This document shows positions 26,770-39,394 of a stretch of 64,000 nt of DNA, piece after piece. Position numbers and translations under genes: made by a program. Every line of letters begins with the position of its first letter. Within the stretch, counting starts at the first letter, position 1. The DNA is from Isurus oxyrinchus (Eukaryota). The notes under the pieces are model-generated. The model was not told the origin of the DNA and did no database searches. It was given only the letters and a program-made list of their open reading frames with translations. The DNA is taken from NCBI GenBank assembly GCA_026770705.1, contig JANJGN010000002.1:179614001-179678000 (forward strand), in the 5' to 3' direction.

Positions 26770-29700
26770 TGCATAGTTAATGAGCCGAACAGCACAATAT
26801 TTTGCACATAAGCGTTTGGCGAGAAAAAAACAAAACAAGTCTATACAGATGGCCATTGGAGAGATATCAGCAGAAGAGCCTGATGAAGCACTACACATGA
26901 TACAACAGTTTGGTTCCATCAAGTCAATAGGTGATAGTCTGTGACTGTTACAATGATGACTGCAGAGGGAGAGTATCAAGAGAACAAGAAGTGTCAGATA
27001 GACGCTGGTTCATCAGGCAACATCATGACCTTCGTAGACCTGAGCTAAGTGGCTGAACATGGCAATCCAAAAATGAAGCCCTCGGAAGCAAGGTTGAGGC
27101 TACAGGATGGCCGATACTCATACCGCAAGGGCAAATTAGTCTGAGAGCCCAATGCAATGGTAAGAAGGAAGATTAGAGTTCCAGATCATAGATGGGATGC
27201 AACAGCACTCATCTCAGGTGAAGCAAGCCTAAAACTTGGACTGGTAACCCTGGATGTGCCAACAGAGATTTACAACAAATTGCAGCGCACAAATCCATTG
27301 ACTACCGAAAAGATCCTAGAAGAGTCCAAAGATGTGTTTACAGGGGTGGGATATCTACCAGGAGAATATCATTCAGAAGTAGATGAAAATGTAAGACCAA
27401 TTCAGCATCTGCCAAGAAGATTTCCAGCTGCCCTCAAGTCAAGCCTAAAAGACAAGATAGAAGAACTGGAGAAGAAGGGAATAATCAAGAAAGTGACAAC
27501 TCCTACAGACTGGATTAGCAGCATGGTAGCAGTGAAACAACTTGGAAAGCTGAGAGTATGCTTAGGCCAAAAGGATCTAAATAAAGTGCTGAAGAGACCT
27601 CACTACCCCGTGCCAACCATCAAAAGAATTTTACTGCAACTTGCCAAGGCAAGTAAAGCTGGGTGAAAGCAGCAGGTTTCTAATGACATTCTGGATGCCA
27701 CTCAGGCGATACAGATGGTTGCGCATGCCATTTGACATTTCTATGGCTCCAGTAGTGTATCTACGCAAACAGCATGAGATAGTCAGTGATCTTCCCGGAG
27801 TGGAAACCGTAGTGGATGATCTACTAGTCTATGGATGTGGAGATGCAGTGGAAGAAGCTGACCATGATCAGAATTTAATATAACCGTTAGAGAGAGCTCG
27901 CCAGATGAACCTGAAGGAGAACAAGAAAAAATTGCAACTGCAGGTGCCTGAAATCAAGTACATAGGACATGTGCTGACAGCAAAAGGTCTTCACCCGGAT
28001 CCTGACAAGGTGAGAGCTGTAGCAGCGATGCAGTAACTAATAGATGTAAAAGTGGTGCAACAATTTGTTAGATTCGTGAGCTATTTACCAACCTTTTGCC
28101 TAAATTGTTGGCAGAGTTTGACCTATTACACACGCTCACTGTCAAGAATGTGCAAATGGTATTGGGGAACAGAACAAGAAGCAGCATTCATTAAAATCAA
28201 ACAACTAGTGATGACAACACCAGTGCTGAAGTATTACGATGTCAATGAGGATGTCACCTTGCAGCGTGATGCCAATGAGACAGGCCATGGGGCAACCCTA
28301 TTGCAGCAAGGATAACCAGTCACATTTGCATTGAGGGCACTAACGCAAATGGAATGACGCTATGCTCGGATCTATTGGTTTTTGTTTTTGTTTGTGAGCA
28401 TTTTCATCAATACCTGCTTGGGAGAGACAAGGTAACAGTGGAGTCCGACCACAAGCCACGTTAAAGCATTTTTCTTAAACCGTTACTGTCTGCTCCAAAG
28501 TGTCTGCAAAGAATGTTACTTAGTTTACAGAAATATCATTTGGATGTGCCATGCAAGCAAGGGAAATAGCTGTACGTTGTAGCCACAATGTTGAGAGCAG
28601 TGCTTCCCATGAGAAAAGTTGAGGATACTACAACAGATTGTGAAATCTTCCAGATTCAATGTGAAGCAGCAGCTCAACATGATCTGGAAGTCATCAACCC
28701 AGCAGAGACATTGAATCTGACAGACAAGCTCCTTGTTCAAATCAATTGAACCACACAACCAAATGCAATTCTCCAAGCGCCACAAGAAGTAGTGATGAAA
28801 GGATGGCCTGAGAGCAACAGGGGCACACCTGTGGTCACAAGAGCATTTTGGACCTACCGAGATGAATTGACAGCCCAAGATGACATTTGTACAAAGGCAA
28901 GAGAGTCATCATCTCTAAAGAGATGAGAGGAAAGATGCTGAAGCCCATCCATGCAAGCCATCAAGGAATTGAATCAAGCCTGAGAAAGGCAAGAGAAGTG
29001 CTTTACTAGCCAAACATGAGCAATGAAATTAAAGACCGCATAGGCCAGTGCGGTACATGTAATGAGTACTGAGCCAAACAAGTTAGAGAGCTGTTGATAA
29101 CACATGACATCCCAGAAAGACCATGTATGAAGCTGGGAGTAGACCTCTTCACTATAGCAGGAACTGACTACCTTGTCACTGTAGACTACTGTTCTGGCTA
29201 CTGGGAGTTAGACCAGCTGACTTCAACAATGACAGAAGAAATAATAAAATACCTGAAAGCACACTTCAGTTATTACAGCCTTCCAGACATTGTGATGAGT
29301 GACAATGGCTCTCAGTTCACAAATGATGAATTCAGCTGTTTCACAAAAGATTGGGAAATTCAACACTACACATCACCTCTGAACTATCCCCACTCAAATG
29401 GAAAGGCTGAGGTTGCAGTGGAAATTACCAAAGGAATCATCAAGAAATCAAGCAAATTTAGCATAGTGTAAACAAGGCAATCCTCAAGTGGTTAAATACA
29501 CAGATTGAAGGTATGGAAAGTAGTCCAGCCCAAAGACTAATGTCACACCACACCCAAACTATCTTCCAGTAGCAAAAAAGTTACATAAACCAAAAGTAGT
29601 AACAGGTGTGAGTGCAAAAATCAAGGTGAAATGGCAGAAAGCCAAATTTCATTTTAACAAGACTGCCAAACCATTGCTAGAGCTGAGCATTGGAGAGCCA

Positions 29701-30526
29701 GTCGGGGTACAAACCTTCAAAACTTTCAACAGGAGTCAGCCCATGTGGCAACATGGGACATTCATAGAGAAGTAGTAATCTTGATCATCTGTGTGGAAGT
29801 GAACAACCTTATATACTGGTGCAACCGCAGGCATATATGAACAACTAGTGAGGCTGTTCCCTCAGAGCAATTGGTCGGTCAGGAAGAAGGGATCTCACCA
29901 ACTGTACTGAATACAGAACTATATCAATCCCAGAGGTCTACGTGTCCCCAACAACAGTTACCAGGATAACAAGTGCCACAGGAATGACACTCTCCGAACA
30001 TGGAGCATCACCCAGACAGATAGCCAATGACAACATGCACGTGTACAATCAAGAGACCTGCACAATTTAAAGACTATGGTTGAGATTTTCTGGCCCTGTC
30101 GCAGGCGGGACCCTCTGCAGGTGAGGCGGGGCCCCAACAAGTAGCCCATTGACCTACAGCGGGACTGGAAGATCCTGACGGTGGGCAGGTGTGGAAAATC
30201 CCACCCATCATATGTAATGCAGGGGGAGAGACTGATGAGAAGAACAAGCAATTGTTAACGCATGAGAACAGTGGGTGTATAGTTGGTAACTTGGATAACT
30301 CACAGTTACACATGATTGTTCATCCAAATTTGTCTTTTGTTTGATATGAAAATGGGGATGTTTGAGTTTTGAAATGCAAGATGACCACATGTCCTATCTG
30401 ACTTGCTTTTGTCATGTGACCTCTGCCATGAGGGAATCGCTGGAGGTTGCCATTTTACATGAGTTCAATAAAGACCCCACATTGAGAGAGACATTAAGAA
30501 GTACTGCTGTCTTTGAATACATAACA
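26770..30526 (+). mobile_element. Gypsy/Ty3 LTR retrotransposon, decayed gag-pol plus 3' LTR
   Basis: RT (RPIQHLPRRFP..WISSMVAVK..KLRVCL..RMPF..VDDLLVYG), RNase H (DANETGHGATLLQ), integrase (HASHQG; GVDLF..SDNGSQF..SNGKAE) in RT-RH-IN order; polypurine tract aaaatgggga followed by TG..CA LTR at 30359-30526 with AATAAA; no 5' LTR found. Confidence 0.9.
30078..30206. mobile_element. ~130-bp MITE inserted in the Gypsy 3' region
   Basis: TIR ggttgagattttc / gaaaatcccaccc (11/13 match); GC-rich island interrupting the element. Confidence 0.65.
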
Positions 30527-31679
30527 GTTATCCCTTACCTGCATGTCAGTATTACAGCCTGGTGGATGTCTGGCCTTCAGTGCTGGTTAGGAAATTGGCA
30601 ATGGCAAAATGAAGTCTCTCTGAAAACAATGTATTTTTCTTCAGCCTGAATTTCCTCCTTCTCCTCCAACTGACAGAACCACTAGAAGCCACTCAAAAAT
30701 TCTTGGCCCAAGAGATGATAAACATCTAAGGAGAGTTACAACAGGCTGAGCGTCTTCCCCAGGATTTTCAATGAGGTCAGGAAGCTCCACCCTGCTATCC
30801 TTCCAGCAGAGAATTTCAGATTCATAATATGTAATGCATTAATGGACTTGTGTTGTATTGAGTCAGACAATATATTGTTGGAAATCCTGAGATTTGGATC
30901 TTCTGGAGATTGGGTGAAATCACAAAATCAGCTCTGTAATTCCTTTTTAAGAGCATCAACATTTTTAAAACAAAACATACCTTTGTGACTGTATCTGGTA
31001 TAACTACGGTGAGTGATGTAAATTTATGGTATACATGTGCAAAGGGATTATTTCCTCCCCTCCATATGTGTGGCACTATTTGTTTCAAATGCTGACCTGA
31101 AGTCAATTAAGAGGTAAATTAGGAAGGGGGTACAATGGACAGTGAATCTGAAATTGCTATTTAATGTGATTCACTTAAAGCTAGGAAATTACCTATGTGT
31201 GAATTGGTACTGGTTATATATTTTTTGTCACACCTTCTGTTTATTAAGGTGACAGATGTCAGTGCCGTGGAATCAGTCTCTGAGTTTTGCACCCACTGTT
31301 AGCATCAAATACTCCCAGGTTATGTATAGTACAAATTAGATGCACAGCATTGTTCCCTGTACATTATAACACTGTGCTTTAAAATTAAATTCCAATAAGT
31401 GATTGCTATTGCTTCACTGTGAGATTCCCATTCTCCCATCAGTCTTTCTTATAACCACCCCAATGCTAAGTTAGTAACAATTACTGACAGATTATTATAG
31501 TTTTGTTCTATGGACATGTAGTTATTAAGAATCAGGTTAAAATTGCCCAAAGTCATTTCACTTAGAAACATTACTGTTTCTATTGTATTCAAACCCAGTG
31601 CCCTGAGATGAAGGACTGTTTTCTGATGACTGCACTATTGTTCCACATTTCCTTACTATTGATAAATTGTTTCAGTTCT

Positions 31680-33060
31680 AAGGCCTGGATTTTCATGGAG
31701 TTGTGGAGACACGTGGCCTATTCAAAATGGACAGACCCCGACTCTGGATGTCCTGTCCCCATATCTGCCAAAAACTATTTTCACAGTGGGAGGGGGGAAA
31801 ACAAGGGCAGGATGTGACTCCTGTATGTGGGAAACCCAAACTCTGAAGGGCCATTGAACTCAGTGTTGACTTCAAACAGACCCCATTTTCATTGGAGTAG
31901 GGGCTTTATCCCGCAGTGTGGGAGTTATGAATCTTTAGAAAAGTTATAAATGTTTCTGAAGGGCAGGTAAGGTCTGTAGAACTATCAAGTTATTTAAATG
32001 GCCAGCTCCTTAAAAATTGAAAATCTGCCTGCATGTGTCTGAGAGTTGAAAAAATCTGTTCTAGCAGTTTCAAGAGCTCTTTGTTAATATAATTGTAAGT
32101 GCTATCATTATAGCATTTTTAACATTTGATTGCTTTCCACAACCTATCATTATATTAGCACAGAGTTGTAAGTTCACAGTCTGATTGACAGCTAAAGAGG
32201 TTATTAAAGGATTAGCTATCTTTGATATGGGGCTATGGATACAAATGTTTGTTTTTATGAGGGATTAACTATTTGAGGGGATTTAAATGTATTGAATGGA
32301 CTTTCATGAATGAGAGTATTTTTTTAAGAGAGAAGTCTGTGGTAGGTATTTAGAAGTGTATTTCATCTCCACATGGCTCCTGAGGTTGGTCATGCTGGAT
32401 ACTGGATGAGTTGGCATTAAGAGTGGAAGGGCAAAAAGTGGGGGCCATGAGTTAGCAATAAGTTGAGATAGGGTCTATAAGGGGCAATGGGGGTGTGTGG
32501 AGGGGTCATGAGTTGGCACAAAGTTGCATAGGGGTGGGCTATATGGGACCATCGGGTGAATGATGGCATGGTTTGTCTTGGAGGGTATGAGAAGCCATTG
32601 GGAGAGGGTGGGGGAACATGGGTTGGCATGAGTGGGCATGTATAGGCATTGGGACTAGTTGGGGGATGAGGGAGTGTGAAGGGTGAGGGCTAGAGGCCCT
32701 AATGTATAAGAAAACAACTGGGGCAAAGGGAAGTAGGAAGTGGGGCAAGCAGCCAAATGACTCCTAGGAGACAAGTTGTTAATCTAAATACTTTAACAAG
32801 GCTGGCAGCCTCCGATTTCAATTGCAGGTTTGACTGTGGCCAGTTGGGTTTCCCATGCCTTTGAAAAAGCAGCAGTTAGAAGGAGATAAGAAGTGCTTTG
32901 GTCAGAAGATAAGTGCATTTACAGTAATCATTGTGGAACAGAAGGATCATCTGGCCCCCTCAGACTTTCCAGCCCCCATACAAAGAACTCTTGGGCATGG
33001 GATTTGACTCCCCATTGCCCCCAACCCCTGCCACTGCCCCCCAGGATAGGACCTGGCCTG
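31680..33060. mobile_element. Old non-autonomous element with degenerate ggcatg-type minisatellite core
   Basis: Starts ggcctggattttc; 32400-32700 contains repeated gggtgggcatg/gagttggca units; boundaries uncertain. Confidence 0.35.
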
Positions 33061-34726
33061 TTCCTTTCCTTCCCAAGCCTATCAATCAAGCTGATTCCTG
33101 AGTGGGGAACCTCACAAAGACATATGCTGCACACTGTGGAGTTAAAATTCCAATGCGTTTGGGGAATCCCAAACACCTGACTTCCCTTTTGAAAACTCCA
33201 TCTATCCTACGTAACTCACCCCTGTTAATATCTAGGCTAGTGGCTTGATCTTTTTCCTTGGTGCAGTAATGCACAGTAAACTGCATTGGTTCCAGTGTAA
33301 CTTTATTTTGCATTATTATTTTTGTTACATTGTTCATTCCTCTTAATACAATATGCTCAGCATCATTTATGACAAGAAGGCATATATCATTGGTAACACT
33401 TCAGAAGTTTTAGTTTTTGGTTACTCTCTTCAGTATCAAAAACTGGCAATTAAATAACCTGGTCTTAATGCAAGAGCTGTAAGAAGACACCAGTATGTTT
33501 GAACAATCCAATATATTGTAATGATAGAGGGACGTTATAATAACTGGCAGTCAGCTGCGGACAGAAATTTCAGTTTCAACAAATTTGTCCATTGGAGTTT
33601 CCTGGCTTATTGTGTATGTATGAATGACATTTCACAACAGAGAATCTGCCTTCACAGATTGAGAATCGCGAAGTTGGCAGGGGAGGGGGCAGACCTGCAA
33701 TAATCTCTAAAATTGAACATTATTTATTATGGCATATGATTTGGTTAGATGGAGGTGAGACAAACAGAAAAATGGAATAAATATAGACAGATGCGCAAGT
33801 ACATTGCTTGAACTCAAACATCAACTCCTTATTCATCTCCAAGATCTCCTTCATGTATGTTTAGATTGTCTGTACTGCTGAATGTTAACATACAAGTTCA
33901 GTGATATTACTGCTATTAGCTATATGGACTGTGAAACTACAAGAATAAGCAAATAACATGTTATTTCATTAAAATCAATTAGACAGATTTGCCCAGATGG
34001 AACAATGGCATTTGTAATTTGGGGAAAATGAATTTTGATCAATGAGTCATGAAGTGTTCTGACTTTGTTTCGTTAGCTTTTAGGGCTGAACCATGTAAGT
34101 GTCATAGAGGGGGCTGTGAAGTACAAGTAACAGATGCTATACTGACTGAGGACTATATGTACCAAAGAGAAAAAAGAAATCACATTCTCTTCGCTTGAAT
34201 GAGTGCTGAAGATTGTTCTCTGTTTCATTTCAGTCACCAATATTTTCCTCCCAAGGCTCTTTAAAAATTAAAATGTTAAGAGTTTTTTCCCGATCTTCTG
34301 CAATGTCCAAATGCAGCAACCATTACAGGCTAAAACAATGTTGCATTTTGAAAGCCCATTTCTATAATTGTGAATGCCTTATTCCCTGGAATCTTTATAA
34401 ATGCTACAATCATTCCTGTCTTCCCTGTGCATTTTGGTGTGCTAACTGTACCAGCTCTGCAACTATGGATAGCGTAGAAAACCAAAGTTAATTCAGGGTC
34501 GACTTCATGAATGAAGATTCCTTTCCACTTGCTCAAAATTTCCCAGTGCCCTCAAATTTTCTTTGGAGACAATCCGTATCATTGAGCCTGGCCTATTTAA
34601 GGTTTTCTTTGAAATCAATGGTTTTTGGCTGTAATAATCATCAAATAGATATAGAGGTACTTACCTTACAAATTTAAATTAAAAATAGATCCAGATGTCT
34701 TTTCCAATCTTTATTCTTTGTCATAG

Positions 34727-34751
34727 CAGCACCAGGTATTCATAGGAAAAG
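34727..34751 (+). other. Candidate 25-nt micro-exon (QHQVFIGK if phase 0)
   Basis: Long pyrimidine tract ttttccaatctttattctttgtcatAG (tandem TAGCAG acceptor) and strong donor AAG|GTAAGA. Confidence 0.3.
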
Positions 34752-35650
34752 GTAAGAACACGTTCAGGAAACACAACATTCATAAAAAGCATCATAAATA
34801 TAAAAGATTAGGGGTTCTTGTGTGAGCCTTTAACCCATTCCCAAAACTCCTATGATCTTTGAAAGCGTGATAGCCGTGTAAACCGAATTCACAGCCATTA
34901 CAGCTAAATTAGTCGATGTTGATAGTATGCAGGATCCCCGTCTTAGAGATTTACATTATCACATTCAAACTATTTAGATATAAATCTCTTGCGGAGCTGG
35001 TACAGCTTTGGGGTACTTTTTCCATTTCATTTCTGCATGTTGTGAATTTCAAAGAAAGTCACCTAAAATCCATTGCCCTATTGAATAACAGAGTGCTGCA
35101 AGCTGTAATTGCACAGTGAGGGGTTCAAAGATCTTGGCTTAATAACTGGTCTATATGGCCATGTCATCAGACTTGCTTTATAAATAATCAGCTTTTAAAG
35201 AATTTAGACTATTTATTGCTGTTGTTTAAATCCTCATGAATCAAAAATCAATGATCATTAGCTGCAATATCATTAATAATGTTGCACCAAGTCCAACATT
35301 GAGTATGCAGTAAGACAGAGAGAAAGAAAACTAGGATACTGCAAGTTAAGCATTAATAGAATGGCATTCACTATCAAACTTCTTTTTGTTTGGTTCCTTT
35401 ACTGCAGCCATCAAATTGCTTTTGTATAGTGGCTTTGATCTAAAAAAAGGTAGCGAGGCATTTCAAATTTGAAAGAACGTTCTGATCGAGCAGTGGAGAA
35501 GAATTGATGATGGGAAGATCAGCCAAAGGATTGAATTTAGAGACACTCATCAGTTGGAAAGGAACTAGAAAGGTGAAGGGAGGAAATTCCAGAGAGTAGC
35601 ACTGTTGGCTGACATGTCTGCCAGGAGGGGAATGACACATAAAAAAGATA

Positions 35651-36819
35651 CCCGCATGGGCCCCAGCTATGCCTGTCTCTTTATGGGGTATGTGGAACAT
35701 TCCTTGTTGCAGTCCTACTCCGGCCCCCTTCCACAACTTTTTCTCCGGTACATCGATGATTACTTCGGTGCCGCTTCATGCTCTCGTCGGGACTTGGAAA
35801 AATTTATTAATTTTGCTTCCAATCTCCACCCCTCCATCACTTTCACGTGGTCCATCTCTGACACTTCCCTTCCCTTCCTTGACCTCTCTGTCTCAATCTC
35901 TGGTGATAGACTGTCCACCAATATCCATTACAAACCCACCGACTCCCACAGCTACCTCGACTACAGCTCCTCACACCCCGCTTCCTGTAAGGACTCCATC
36001 CCATTCTCCCAGTTCCTTCGCCTTCGCCGCATCTGTTCCGATGATGCTACCTTCAAAAACGGTTCCTCTGACATGTCCTCCTTCTTCCTTAACCGAGGTT
36101 TTCCACCCACGGTCGTTGACAGGGCCCTCAACCGTGTCTGGCCCATCTCCCGCGCACCCGCCCTCACGCCTTCTCCTCCCTCCCAGAAACATGATAGGGT
36201 CCCCCTTGTCCTCACTTATCACCCCACCAGCCTCCGCATTCAAAGGATCATCCTCCGCCATTTCTGCCAACTCCAGCATGATGCCACCACCAAACACATC
36301 TTCCCTTCACCCCCCTTATTGGCATTCCGTAGGGATCGCTCCCTCCGGGACACCCTGGTCCACTCCTCCATCACCCCCTACTCCTCAACCCCCTCCTATG
36401 GCACCACCCCATGCCCACGCAAAAGATGTAACACCTGCCGCTTCACTTCCTCTCTCCTCACCATCCAAGGGCCCAAACACTCCTTTCAAGTGAAGCAGCA
36501 TTTCACTTGCATTTCCCCCAACTTAGTCTACTGCATTCGTTGCTCCCAATGTGGTCTCCTCTACATTGGAGAGACCAAACGTAAACTAGGCGACCGCTTT
36601 GCAGAACACCTGCGGTCTGTCCGCAAGAATGACCCAAACCTCCCTGTCGCTTGCCATTTTAACACTCCACCCTGCTCTCTTGCCCACATGTCTGTCCTTG
36701 GCTTGCTGCATTGTTCCAGTGAAGCCCAATGCAAACTGGAGGAACAACACCTCATCTTCCGACTAGGCACCTTACAGCCTTCCGGTCTGAATATTGAATT
36801 CAACAACTTTAGGTCGTGA
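35651..36819 (+). CDS. PLE reverse transcriptase C-terminal half plus GIY-YIG endonuclease (5'-truncated, no stops)
   Basis: MGPSYACLFMG, RYIDD, LPFLD, KPTDSHSYL, Cys-rich linker (CPRKRCNTC), NLVYCIRCSQCGLLYIGET..RFAEH, GLN. Confidence 0.92.
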
Positions 36820-37207
36820 GCTCCCTCCCCCATCCCCACCCCCTTTCTGTTTCCCCCCTTTTTTTTTCCCCAATAAATTATATAGATTTTTCTTTTCCCA
36901 CCTATTTCCATTATTTTTAAATATTTTAAAATCTTTTATGCTCCCTCCACCCCCACTAGAGCTATACCTTGAGTGCCCTACCATCCATTCTTAATTAGCA
37001 CATTCGTTTAGATAATATCACCAACTTTAACTTTAACACCTATGTGTTCTTTTGTACCATTGTCGCTGACATCTTTTGATGATCTGCTTCTATCACTGCT
37101 TGTTTGTCCACACAACCACACCCCCCACCTCTCTCTCTATCTCTCCGCCCCCCACACACACACCTTAAACCAGCTTATATTTCAACTCTTTCTTGGACTC
37201 GAAATCA

Positions 37208-37246
37208 AGTTCTGTCGAAGGGTCATGAGGACTCGAAACGTCAACT
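37208..37246 (+). ncRNA. Minimal type I hammerhead ribozyme motif (variant core)
   Basis: Stem I agtt/aact; core CTGTCGA (canonical CUGANGA); stem II gggtc/gactc; GAAA; loop-less palindromic stem III ACGT; GUC cleavage triplet at 37240-37242. Confidence 0.7.
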
Positions 37247-37559
37247 CTTTTCTTCTCCGCCGATGCTGCCAGACCTGCTGAGTTTTTCCAGGTAATTCTG
37301 TTTTTGTCATAAAAAAGATAAATGTTTAAAATCCTAACAATGCTATTTAGTTTTTAAAAAAACCTCAGCAGCCTATTGGCTTCAATTATTTCACTGAAAA
37401 CATCCATTAGACTTGTGAACTTTTGCATGAAATATTCAGTTGCAGTATAACTTGTTGACTCTGAATATAATTGACCCATTAAAAAGTTTGCATAATTCCA
37501 CTTACACAGCATTCCAAAAGATTACCCAGTTTCACCCAACTGTGGAATGGCAGGAGAGG

Positions 37560-37910
37560 GATGATGGACTGATCTTCCAATTTGGAGAACTATGGGACAA
37601 GAGGTAGGATGTAGGGTTCAAGGAAAATGTAAGGTGGTGCAAGACAATGGAATAATTTATAAATGAGAACAACAATTTTGAATATGGTGAATTGGGAGAC
37701 AAGATACTGAAGAAGGTGTGCAATAATAGATATTTTATCTGGGACAGAATGCGGATGACAGAAAATGAAGAAATAAGAACAAACTTGGGAGGCCAGTGAG
37801 GAGGTCTTCCAAGCAGATAAATCTTGAAGTAACAAAACCACAGATAAGGGTTTCAATGGAGCTGGAGATGAATTAGGTGAAGCTGGACAAGGTTGTGGAG
37901 GTGGAATTAT
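37560..37910 (-). mobile_element. L2 LINE RT C-terminal relic
   Basis: ORF 37590-37856 IFKIVVLIYKLFHCLAPPYI resembles the L2 motif FKILxLxYKALHGLAPxYL. Confidence 0.65.
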
Positions 37911-39196
37911 GTGACTGTTTCAGTGGATCAATTACAATCAATAGCAATGAGTTATAGCGCAACTGAAAAAAACTGGGACAGTTTTTATCATACAGTATTT
38001 CACAAGCCTAGTAAATGTTTTTAATGCAATAATTGAAGCCAATTGTCTTGTTGAGGTTTTTTTTAAAAATCATATTGCATAGTTAGGATTTTGGAAATTC
38101 AGATTTGGATTTTATTGCATTGAGAAACACATAAAGGTATTACTTCATGGAAAGAAGAAATAAATTGAGAAAGCATCTTATTATCTGCCACATTAAGATA
38201 TATGTATATCATAATATGTCTTATATACATCTATAATATCCTGTATAAACTATTTTCTTTTGAAAATTGGACTGGGAGCATGATCAGAGAATAAAAAGAG
38301 TTTTTGGTCAATTTGCCAAAATGACTAGAACTGATGTATTCTGTATCATCATCACTTAGAATGGTTAAGCATGATTGATACATTGTTAAACATATTCTTT
38401 ATAGCTGGATTATTTGATGGTGACTTTTGATTTAAATCATGGGCAGTTTTATCCACTTGGCAAAAACCAGGTGGGTGTGCTGTGTAAAATGAGCAAGGCA
38501 TTTTCCCGCTCAGAACTCAGCCCTTTCCCACAGTTACTGATATTAGCTTACAGGGTTCTACGTTCAGAGAAGGTGCATGTCTAAAACAGGTCAGAGCCTC
38601 ATGAATTTATTCAAATCAAGGCTGTATGTGACATGTTAACAGGAGTCTGTATGGAGAAGACATGTGACTCCATCAGGCTGAAGCCAGTCAACAGCTGGTG
38701 GGAAGAACAAAGAGATCTTTAGGCTAAGTCCAAACGTTCCCTTTGTCAGACCAGGAGGAGCAGAACCCTCCCTCAATCCCCACAAAGCAAGGTGTTCCAG
38801 AATTTTCCTTTCATCTTGCAAGACTCTCCCCAAAACCACATTCCCACCACTTGCCAGAGAGCTGCTGGGCCAGAAGGGCTGCTGAATCTTCAACTGTCAA
38901 AGTCACTCCACACCCTTGTTCCGCACAGATGGGAAGTGGTCTGTTGAGATTTCTGAGAAACTTGTGGCCTCCTGTTGTCTCTGGCTAGTGGGACATTAAC
39001 TTGCCAGAATGGAAACTGACTCAAGGGTGGAAATTTCCGAGCCTGCTGGCAACAGGCGTGATTGGTGGGGTGCGTGGAAAATATGGCTTCACGATGGCGT
39101 GACGGCAGATCATGATCGTCCGCTCAGCCCGGCGACAGCATGCCACATTTCCCGCCATCGGTCAGCAGGGAGCTAATTGTAATACATCAGCAGATA

Positions 39197-39394
39197 GGGG
39201 AGGCAATAGCATCGCGGTATTGTTGCTGGACTAGTAATCCAGAGACACAGGGTAATGCTCTGGGGACCTGGGTTTGAATCCTGCCACAGCAGATGCTGGA
39301 ATTTGAAGTCTGAAATTAAAAGTCTAATGATGATCATGAAACGATTGTTGTAAAAGCCAATCTGGTAAACTAATGTCCTTTAGGGAAGGAAATC
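39197..39394 (+). mobile_element. tRNA-derived SINE 5' head
   Basis: A-box-like tagcatcgcgg (39207-39217), B-box ggtttgaatcc (39271-39281), followed by non-tRNA body. Confidence 0.7.

Larger units (their letters stand above)
35651..37307 (+). mobile_element. Young 5'-truncated Penelope-like element (family A)
   Basis: Perfect 13-bp TSD cataaaaaagata (35638-35650 / 37308-37320); open RT-EN ORF; 3' UTR with hammerhead motif. Confidence 0.95.

Noticed and set aside
35605-35650. N-terminal extension of the 404-aa ORF
   Set aside because: Lies in the flank and TSD outside the element; fortuitous read-through from a non-ATG start
35669-36493. 274-aa Pro/Ser/Thr-rich overlapping ORF
   Set aside because: Alternative frame of the C-rich PLE coding strand; low complexity, no recognisable domain
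39197-39290. Possible tRNA gene
   Set aside because: Has A/B boxes but no convincing cloverleaf or T-run terminator, and continues into a SINE body
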